From an uncultured archaeon (GTDB lineage: Archaea > Thermoplasmatota > E2 > DHVEG-1), in NCBI GenBank assembly GCA_902384685.1, contig CABMCU010000058.1, forward strand, positions 1-62,526: a DNA stretch of 62,526 nt, in the 5' to 3' direction. Each line of letters opens with the position of its first letter. Within the stretch, counting starts at the first letter, position 1. A program made the translations under genes and the position numbers. Positions 55,123 to 62,526 of this stretch are shown here, piece after piece. The notes beneath the pieces were generated by a model. The model searched no databases, had not been told where the DNA came from, and saw nothing but the letters and a program-made list of their open reading frames with translations.

Positions 55123-55974
55123 ATGGTTATGACAAAACGAAAAATCATTAAAATCAGCGAAGAAAAATGTAACGGCTGTGGGGTTTGCATCCCGAATTGC
55201 CCTGAAGGTGCAATACAAGTTATTGATGGAAAAGCTCGTCTTATCAGCGATATCTTCTGCGATGGATTAGGTGCCTGCATCGGACATTGTCCGCAAGATG
55301 CAATCAGTACCGAAGAACGAGAAGCAGAATCCTACAACGAAAAAAAAGCAATGGACAACATCATTAAAGCAGGCAATAAAATCATCCTTGCCCACTTGAA
55401 CCATCTCAAAGATCATGGGGAACACCACTATCTTAAACAAGCACTCGAAGTACTCAAAGAAAAAAACATCATAGTACCTTTCAAAGAGGAAAAAATAGCA
55501 CCTCCTCAAATTTGCGGATGTCCCGGGGTGAAAACGATAGATTTTTCAAAAGAAAAAAAAGGGAAAAAAACTGAACAAGAAGTAAGAATATCACATCTAG
55601 GTCAATGGCCTGTACAATTACATCTTGTTTCACCAAACGCATCGTATTTTCAAAAGAATAATGTTTTACTTGTCGAGGATTGTGTTGCATATGCACTCGG
55701 AGATTTTCATAAAGACTATCTACAAGGAAAAAGTCTAGCAATCGCCTGTCCAAAACTTGATACAGATCAAGAATCCTACCTGCAAAAGCTTATTGCACTA
55801 ATCAACGATGCACACATCACTTCACTCACCGTGATGACCATGGAAGTTCCCTGCTGTAGAGGATTACTAGCCCTTGCACAACAAGCAGTGTCTCAAGCAA
55901 AAGTAAAAATCCCAATGAAATCGATAGTTGTCGGAATTAAAGGAACAATTATCAAAGAAGAAATCATACCATAA
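55123..55974 (+). CDS. 4Fe-4S dicluster domain protein with a C-terminal Cys-containing domain
   Basis: CNGCGVCIPNCP and CDGLGACIGHCP ferredoxin motifs at the N-terminus. Confidence 0.7.
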   Translation: MVMTKRKIIKISEEKCNGCGVCIPNCPEGAIQVIDGKARLISDIFCDGLGACIGHCPQDAISTEEREAESYNEKKAMDNIIKAGNKIILAHLNHLKDHGEHHYLKQALEVLKEKNIIVPFKEEKIAPPQICGCPGVKTIDFSKEKKGKKTEQEVRISHLGQWPVQLHLVSPNASYFQKNNVLLVEDCVAYALGDFHKDYLQGKSLAIACPKLDTDQESYLQKLIALINDAHITSLTVMTMEVPCCRGLLALAQQAVSQAKVKIPMKSIVVGIKGTIIKEEIIP

Positions 55975-55980
55975 AAAAGC

Positions 55981-57912
55981 TCAGAGCATCATCGATTGTT
56001 TAAGCTTATTGATTCGATCACGTAACGCAATTGCCTTTTCAAAATCAAGATCATCTGCTGCTTTTCGCATCTCTACATCCAGATTGACGAGAATCGCAGG
56101 AATATCTTTTCTTGGGATATGTTTTGTATCTGTGATTTCCACGACTTTTTCTTTAATTGGTTTGATAATTGTTGTCGGAGTAATACCATGTTTTCTGTTA
56201 AACTCCAGTTGTACGGATCTTCTCCGATTCGTTTCCGCGAGTGCTTTCTGAATCGAATCAGTCAAAACATCAGCATATAAAACCACCTTTGAGTTCACAT
56301 TTCGCGCAGCACGACCGATAATCTGAATTAAACTTCGTTCATCACGTAAAAACCCTTCTTTATCTGCATCAAGAATCCCGATAAATCCAACCTCCGGAAT
56401 ATCAATCCCTTCTCTGAGAAGGTTAATACCAACCAAAACATCGAACTTCCCAAGACGAAGCTCACGGAGTATCTCAGAACGCTCAAGGGTATCAATCTCT
56501 GAGTGCAAATACCGAGTTTTTATTCCTTTCTCAGCAAGATACTCGGAGAGTTCTTCCGCAAGTTTTTTTGTCAAAGTATTGACAAGGACTCGATCACCGC
56601 GCTTCACAGCTGTTCGAATCTCACTAATCAAATCATCGATTTGACCCTCAATATCCCTAACCTCAACAGGAGGATCGATCAAGCCAGTGGGTCGAATTAT
56701 CTGCTCAACAATCTGCTGCGATTTTCCTAGTTCATAGGCTCCAGGAGTCGCTGAAACAAAAACCACAGTGTGCATATACTGCTCGAATTCCTCAAACGTC
56801 AACGGTCGGTTATCATATGCACTAGGCAAACGAAACCCGTACTCAATCAGGGTTTGCTTCCGTGAAAACTCCCCATGATACATCCCATGAACCTGCGGAA
56901 TCGTACGATGACTCTCATCAATAAACATCAAAAAATCAGAGGGAAAATAATCAAGGAGGCAGTACGGTTTCTCCCCGGGTTTACGGCCATCAAGATGCCG
57001 TGAATAATTCTCAATCCCTTTACAAAAACCGGTTTCCTGAATCATCTCAAGATCATACAATGTCCGCTGCTTCAACCGATGTGCTTCAAAGGGAGGAAGT
57101 TCGGGAAGACGTTCTTCTAGTTCTTGTTTAATAAATTCAATTGCCCGTTTCTGATGACTTTCCGGTATCACGAAATGTTTCGCCGGATAAATGAAGAGAT
57201 ATTTTAACACCTCAACGGTTTCACCAGTATTTTTATTGAGTTCTTTGATAGATTCAATCGTATCCCCAAACATTTCAATCCGATAGATGTTATTATAATA
57301 CCCCAGTATTAGATCAATAGTGTCACCTTTCACACGAAAACGACCAGGTAATAATTCAAGGTCATTTCGTTCATACTGAATCTCAATCAATCGGCGGAGA
57401 AGAGCATTTCTTTGAAGATGCTGCCCGTTCCTGATTTCAAACCCAAGCTTCTGATAATCAACCGGATTGCCAATATTATAAATACAAGAAACCGAAGCGA
57501 CAATAATTACATCTCGTCGTGATGATAACGAAGCGGTCGCAGCCAGTCGCATCTGTTCAAGTTTTGGATTGACATCCGCATCCTTTTCGATATACAGGTC
57601 TTTCTGAGGCAGATACGATTCAGGTTGATAATAATCATAATAAGAAACGAAGTATTCCACACGGTTGTCAGGGAAGAAGTCTTTAAACTCACTATAGAGT
57701 TGAGCAGCAAGTGTTTTATTATGGGCGATCACAAGTGTAGGGCGTTGCACCTGCTGAATGACCTGCGCCATGGTAAAGGTTTTCCCAGAACCAGTCACCC
57801 CAAGTAATGTTTGTGCAGAAAAATTTTTATGAATACCATCAACTAATTGTCTGATCGCATCAGGTTGCGACCCTTTTGGTGTGAAGTGTGTCTTTAAGTT
57901 AAACTCAGTCAA
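55981..57912 (-). CDS. uvrB: Excinuclease ABC subunit B
   Basis: GSQPDAI, Walker A GVTGSGKT, helicase motifs, C-terminal UVR domain (AADDLDFEKAIALRD). The TTG start overlaps the uvrC TGA (TTGA). Confidence 0.95.
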   Translation of the reverse strand: MTEFNLKTHFTPKGSQPDAIRQLVDGIHKNFSAQTLLGVTGSGKTFTMAQVIQQVQRPTLVIAHNKTLAAQLYSEFKDFFPDNRVEYFVSYYDYYQPESYLPQKDLYIEKDADVNPKLEQMRLAATASLSSRRDVIIVASVSCIYNIGNPVDYQKLGFEIRNGQHLQRNALLRRLIEIQYERNDLELLPGRFRVKGDTIDLILGYYNNIYRIEMFGDTIESIKELNKNTGETVEVLKYLFIYPAKHFVIPESHQKRAIEFIKQELEERLPELPPFEAHRLKQRTLYDLEMIQETGFCKGIENYSRHLDGRKPGEKPYCLLDYFPSDFLMFIDESHRTIPQVHGMYHGEFSRKQTLIEYGFRLPSAYDNRPLTFEEFEQYMHTVVFVSATPGAYELGKSQQIVEQIIRPTGLIDPPVEVRDIEGQIDDLISEIRTAVKRGDRVLVNTLTKKLAEELSEYLAEKGIKTRYLHSEIDTLERSEILRELRLGKFDVLVGINLLREGIDIPEVGFIGILDADKEGFLRDERSLIQIIGRAARNVNSKVVLYADVLTDSIQKALAETNRRRSVQLEFNRKHGITPTTIIKPIKEKVVEITDTKHIPRKDIPAILVNLDVEMRKAADDLDFEKAIALRDRINKLKQSMML

Positions 57913-59459
57913 GATTTCAACTCTTTTTTCCGTAACAAACGATTATACGCAATCGCGAAACGGTGCGCCTCATCACGAATCTCACGGATAAACAATAGCG
58001 CCTTTTCTTTTTTATCCAGATGGCGTGCTTGCGGAGAACCAGGAAGATAGATTTCCTCAAATTGTTTAGCAATGGAAATAATAGGGATTTTCAGGTTAAT
58101 ATTCTCAAGTTCATGGACAGCACCATTAAGCTGCCCAATCCCCCCATCGATGATAATAAGCTGTGGTAAAGCTGCATGTTCCTGTTGAAGCCTCGTGTAA
58201 CGCCGTCGTACCACTTCAGCAATCGCAGCAACATCATCGATACCTTCCACGGTTCGAATACGGAATCTTCGATAATTTGTTTTATCTGGTTTCCCATTTC
58301 GATATTGAACCATTGAGCCAACCATAGACGTCCCAGAAAGATGGGAGATATCAAAACACTCGATGACCTGGGGTAATTCCTGAAGATTTAACTGACATCG
58401 CAATTCTTCAACCTTTGACACATCTCCGAAGAAGGTGATTTCAATATTCTTTAACACCAAATCGAGGAGTTGTTTTTTCGCTGCTTTTTTTGGAACAATA
58501 ATTCGCACTTTTTTCTTCCGTTTGTGCATAAGAAACGCTGCCAGAGAATCGGAGAGTTTCTGAGGAACAATCACTTCTGAAGGAATAGGATTTTCTGAGT
58601 AATATTGCACAATGAATTCCTCAAAAAAATCAGGAGTAAAACTAAAAACAAACTCGTTTTTCGTTGACAATGTTCCTTTATAGATATTAAACAACATCAG
58701 ATAGACCGTTTCATCTCTGACAAGGTAATTAATGATATCTTCATCAAAGGTATGTTGTCGTTGCATCTTCTGATGCTCCTGAAGATGTTGAATTGCGGTT
58801 ATTTGATTCCGAAGGATTAACGCGTTTTCAAAATCAAAAGACTGTGATTTTCTGGCCATTTCTTGTCGTAATTTTTTGAGAAGCTCCGTGGATTTACCTG
58901 AAAGAATAAAACATACGTTTCGTATTTTCTTGTCGTAATCTTCTTTTGAGACCAATCCGATACAAGGAGCCTCACAGAGCTGGAGATGAAAACGAAGACA
59001 GGATTTTTTGGGTAATTTTTTGCAGGTTCGCAATGCAAACGTTCTAGTGAGAAATTGTAATACATGATCGCGTTCTAAGGCTGAGACGAACGGGCCGAAG
59101 TATTTTCCATATTCTTGTTTCTGTCTTGCGACAAGAAGTCGGGGAAAATCCTCATCTGTAAGTTGAATAAACGCATAGGTTTTTGCATCTTTCAGATTAA
59201 TATTGTATTTCGGTTGATGTTTTTTTATAAGCGTGTTTTCTAAAATCAGTGCTTCAACTTCAGTATCTGTCACAAAAAATTCAACAGAGTCGATACTACT
59301 AATGAGACTACGAGTCTTAGGATCCATCTCTTTTTTTTGAGCATAGCTTTTCAGGCGTTTTCGAAGATTTTTTGCCTTCCCGACATAAATAATCTTTTTA
59401 GCAGTATCACGAAAGAGATAACATCCAGGGTTTGTTGGTAATGTTGTTACGTCAAACAT
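57909..59459 (-). CDS. uvrC: Excinuclease ABC subunit C (short form, no C-terminal (HhH)2 domain visible)
   Basis: GIY-YIG N-terminus ([19 protein letters not shown]), UVR motif, endonuclease V-like domain ending ..[16 protein letters not shown]. 516 aa. Confidence 0.9.
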   Translation of the reverse strand: MFDVTTLPTNPGCYLFRDTAKKIIYVGKAKNLRKRLKSYAQKKEMDPKTRSLISSIDSVEFFVTDTEVEALILENTLIKKHQPKYNINLKDAKTYAFIQLTDEDFPRLLVARQKQEYGKYFGPFVSALERDHVLQFLTRTFALRTCKKLPKKSCLRFHLQLCEAPCIGLVSKEDYDKKIRNVCFILSGKSTELLKKLRQEMARKSQSFDFENALILRNQITAIQHLQEHQKMQRQHTFDEDIINYLVRDETVYLMLFNIYKGTLSTKNEFVFSFTPDFFEEFIVQYYSENPIPSEVIVPQKLSDSLAAFLMHKRKKKVRIIVPKKAAKKQLLDLVLKNIEITFFGDVSKVEELRCQLNLQELPQVIECFDISHLSGTSMVGSMVQYRNGKPDKTNYRRFRIRTVEGIDDVAAIAEVVRRRYTRLQQEHAALPQLIIIDGGIGQLNGAVHELENINLKIPIISIAKQFEEIYLPGSPQARHLDKKEKALLFIREIRDEAHRFAIAYNRLLRKKELKS

Positions 59460-62269
59460 ACTTTCGTCTCACAAAACAATGATCGAAGGATGAGACCAGT
59501 GTAACTCTGTTTATTGCTGGCGACTTCTTCCGGTGTTCCTATCGCAACAATTTCTCCGCCTAAATCACCGCCCTCAGGACCAAGATCGATGATATAATCA
59601 GCACACTTAATCACTTCCATATTATGTTCGATAACAACGACCGTATTGCCCATATTCACCAGACTGTCTAGGACATCGATAAGTTTCTTCACATCGTGGA
59701 AATGCAACCCGGTCGTCGGCTCATCCAAGAGGTACAACGTTTTCCCGGTACTTCTCTTCGATAATTCTCTCGTAAGTTTTATTCGTTGCGCTTCACCACC
59801 AGATAGTGTCGTGGAACTCTGACCCAGTTTAATGTAATTTAAACCCACCCTCGAAAGTGTCTCCAACTTCTTACGGATATACGGAATATTCTCAAAGAGA
59901 TCTAACGCTTCCTCAACACTCATCGCAAGAACATCAGCAATTGACTTTCCCTTATATTGCACTTCTAGGGTTTCTTTATTATATCGTTTCCCTTTGCATT
60001 CCTCACATTCCACATAAATATCCGGGAGAAAATTCATCTCAATTTTTATCAAACCATCCCCTTGACATGTCTCGCATCGTCCACCACTTACATTAAAAGA
60101 AAAACGACCTGTTTTGTATCCGCGGAGTTTCGCTTCTGGTGTCCAGGCAAAGATATTTCTAATCTCATCAAACACTTTTGTATAGGTCGCTGGGTTACTA
60201 CGAGGTGTTTTTCCAATGGGACTTTGATCAATCACGATAACTTTGTCAATGTCAGAGTCAAACATAATTTTTTCATGTTTGCCCGGAAGGTCTCGTGATT
60301 CATGAAGTCGCCTCATCAGACCTTTATAGAGAATCTCGTAGATGAGGGTGGATTTCCCACTCCCAGATACACCAGTAATAACAGTGAAAACACCGATTGG
60401 AATGTTCACGTCGATGTTTTTCAGGTTATTTTCTTTACAGCCTTTGACACGGATATATTTATCTGTTTGTCGTCTAGAATCGGGGATTTCAATCGTTAAT
60501 TTCCTTGAGAGGTATTGCCCGGTAAGCGAATGAGGATTTTGTTCTATATTCTTTGGTGTTCCTTGCGCAATAATCCTGCCCCCATGGATTCCAGCACCAG
60601 GACCCATATCAATCACATAATCAGCACGCCGTATGGTTTCCTCATCATGCTCGACAACAATAAGCGTGTTCCCCAGATCACGCAATCGCTGCAGCGTCTG
60701 AATGAGTTTCTTATTATCCCTTTGGTGCAACCCAACAGATGGTTCATCAAGGATGTACAACACACCTACAAGGTTTGATCCGATTTGTGTCGCAAGCCGT
60801 ATCCTCTGTGCTTCGCCACCAGAGAGTGTTCCAGCATTTCGAGATAATGTTAGATAGTTCAACCCCACGTTATCTAAAAATTTTAACCGTGCTTTTATTT
60901 CCTTTAAAATCAAATGTGCAATCTCTGTTTGTTTTTTCGTCAGCTTTACGGTTTGAAAGAATTCAAGAGACTGCTTAATCGACATATCGGTAATTTCGAT
61001 GATTGATTTGTGAGCGATTTTAACGGACAAAATCTTCTTTTTCAATCGTTTCCCATTACATACAGGACAAGGGGAGATGCGCATGAATCGCTCCATATCT
61101 TGTCTACGGTATTCTGACTCGGTTTGTTTATAGAGACGCTCCGACTGCGGAATGAGTCCTTCCCACGTACCAATATGTGAGTAGTGCACATCACCGTTTT
61201 TCATAACCAGGTTAAATCGTATTGACTCAGAGGAGCCATACATAATCGCACGAAATTGGCGGTCATTAAGGTTTTTTATCGGAGTAAAAATATCAAACCC
61301 GTAATGTTTTGCAACAGCACCGAGATAATTGTTTCTCCAGCTGTCGCGAATGGTTTTGTATACAGCGATCGCCCCATCAGCGATGTTTAGTTCTTTGTTA
61401 GGTATGATGAGATCTGGATCGAACTCCATTTTAATACCAAGCCCATGACATGATTCACAAGCGCCAAAAGGACTGTTAAAAGAAAACATGCGTGGTTGAA
61501 GCTCCTCAAACACTGTGCCACAGGACGGACAAGCCATGGTTGACGAGTAGATGCGTTCTTTATTCGATTTATCGAGAACAATAAGAAGTCCTTCGGATTT
61601 CTTTAATGCCTGTTCACATGCTTCCGTGAGACGGGAGGTATCGGTTGAATCGACGCGATCCACTACGATTTCAATATCGTGTTTCTTGTAACGCTCTAGT
61701 TTGATTTCCTCATCGGTTCGATAGATAGTTTTGTTCACTCGAACTCTCGTGTATCCTTCTTTGTTCAAATCCTTAAATAGTTGTTCGTAAGTTCCTTTTT
61801 TCTGACGGATGATTGGTGAGAGAATCGTGATGGTACCTTTCATTTCCGTCGCGATACGTCCTGAGATTTTCTCGGGTGATTGCGATTCGATTTTAATGTT
61901 ATGCGTAGGGCAATAAGGAGTACCGACCCGAGCGAATAATAATCGGAGGTAATCATAGATTTCTGTAATTGTACCAACTGTGCTACGTGGATTTTTACTC
62001 GTTGTTTTTTGTTCTATGGATATCGCTGGGGATAATCCTTCAATACTATCAACATCTGGTTTATGCATAAGTCCCAAAAACTGTCGTGCATACGCGGAGA
62101 GTGATTCTACATATCGCCGTTGACCCTCAGCATATAATGTATCAAACGCGAGTGTGGATTTCCCTGAGCCAGAAATCCCTGTAATGACAATGAATTTATC
62201 TCTTGGAAGACACACATTGATGTTTTTAAGGTTATGTTCCCGTGCTCCTTTAATGACAATGTTTTTCAT
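59447..62269 (-). CDS. uvrA: Excinuclease ABC subunit A
   Basis: Two ABC cassettes ([18 protein letters not shown]; two LSGGE signatures) and zinc-finger Cys pairs. ATG 62269 preceded by GGGGGA. Confidence 0.95.
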   Translation of the reverse strand: MKNIVIKGAREHNLKNINVCLPRDKFIVITGISGSGKSTLAFDTLYAEGQRRYVESLSAYARQFLGLMHKPDVDSIEGLSPAISIEQKTTSKNPRSTVGTITEIYDYLRLLFARVGTPYCPTHNIKIESQSPEKISGRIATEMKGTITILSPIIRQKKGTYEQLFKDLNKEGYTRVRVNKTIYRTDEEIKLERYKKHDIEIVVDRVDSTDTSRLTEACEQALKKSEGLLIVLDKSNKERIYSSTMACPSCGTVFEELQPRMFSFNSPFGACESCHGLGIKMEFDPDLIIPNKELNIADGAIAVYKTIRDSWRNNYLGAVAKHYGFDIFTPIKNLNDRQFRAIMYGSSESIRFNLVMKNGDVHYSHIGTWEGLIPQSERLYKQTESEYRRQDMERFMRISPCPVCNGKRLKKKILSVKIAHKSIIEITDMSIKQSLEFFQTVKLTKKQTEIAHLILKEIKARLKFLDNVGLNYLTLSRNAGTLSGGEAQRIRLATQIGSNLVGVLYILDEPSVGLHQRDNKKLIQTLQRLRDLGNTLIVVEHDEETIRRADYVIDMGPGAGIHGGRIIAQGTPKNIEQNPHSLTGQYLSRKLTIEIPDSRRQTDKYIRVKGCKENNLKNIDVNIPIGVFTVITGVSGSGKSTLIYEILYKGLMRRLHESRDLPGKHEKIMFDSDIDKVIVIDQSPIGKTPRSNPATYTKVFDEIRNIFAWTPEAKLRGYKTGRFSFNVSGGRCETCQGDGLIKIEMNFLPDIYVECEECKGKRYNKETLEVQYKGKSIADVLAMSVEEALDLFENIPYIRKKLETLSRVGLNYIKLGQSSTTLSGGEAQRIKLTRELSKRSTGKTLYLLDEPTTGLHFHDVKKLIDVLDSLVNMGNTVVVIEHNMEVIKCADYIIDLGPEGGDLGGEIVAIGTPEEVASNKQSYTGLILRSLFCETKVCLT

Positions 62270-62421
62270 TATAAATCCCCCTTGAAAATAGAAAGGATAT
62301 ATACAAATATATATACTATCTCTTAACAATCGACTATTATTTATTCTTCTTCTGCTCGACAAGTACTATCATATATTCAAGGTTTTCTAAGACGTCATTG
62401 AAAGTATAAAAAGGCTTTGTC

Positions 62422-62526
62422 TCAAAAGTATTCCTCTTCCACATATTTCCTCAACAACATCATCAAATTATACACAATGATTTTCAACGCGATTTCTACC
62501 TGTTGAACACCTCTTTTAATGGAGGC
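62422..62526 (-). CDS. Possible C-terminal end of a DDE transposase (IS4/IS5-like); the rest lies outside the window
   Basis: Open from the window edge: ASIKRGVQQVEIALKIIVYNLMMLLRKYVEEEYF*. The RG..V......L....YNL pattern resembles IS4/IS5 transposase C-termini. Confidence 0.35.
   Translation of the reverse strand, partial: ASIKRGVQQVEIALKIIVYNLMMLLRKYVEEEYF

Overview
This is an archaeal chromosomal window. Archaeal markers are TFB, NAC, ribosomal protein S3Ae, ABCE1, an archaeal-type RNase P RNA, an intron-containing tRNA, BRE/TATA promoters and class III signal-peptide pilins. GC looks to be in the high 30s percent by eye (not computed), and GGAGG-like ribosome-binding sites are frequent. 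I cannot assign a lineage from the sequence alone; an anaerobic, low-GC euryarchaeote/Thermoplasmatota- or DPANN-like organism is plausible.

Most of the window is housekeeping:
- nfnAB-like genes, pyrG, nnr, NAC, glyA, hflX, ABCE1, Fap7 and a CDP-alcohol phosphatidyltransferase.
- An unusually dense set of DNA-repair genes: Toprim-nreA-SplB-like radical SAM, mre11-rad50 and uvrA-uvrC-uvrB.

The parts most worth a second look:
1. A type IV pilus-like locus at 21.4-31.7 kb (ATPase, membrane platform, three pilin-N-terminus proteins). Two of the three are giant; one has a LamG domain split by a seven-repeat insertion.
2. A tfb / csp / DEAD-box cluster at 41.8-44.7 kb, in which tfb and csp carry near-identical copies of a ~112-nt promoter plus 5' leader module. 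RNase P RNA lies next to it.
3. A variable zone downstream of an intron-containing tRNA-Leu(UAA), at 48.7-55 kb. It holds a GC-rich ~1 kb insert flanked by 24-bp direct repeats of the tRNA 3' end, a possible older att copy, two genes interrupted only by in-frame stop codons (zupT and a QueG-like gene), 22-bp tandem repeats and shared palindromic operators.
4. A decayed Lrp/RHH region at 3.3-5.3 kb with a symmetric five-copy TGTTCCA element.

I saw no CRISPR array, no rRNA and no intact integrase. A possible transposase C-terminus sits at the right-hand edge. All family assignments come from motif recognition by eye and need HMM or BLAST confirmation.
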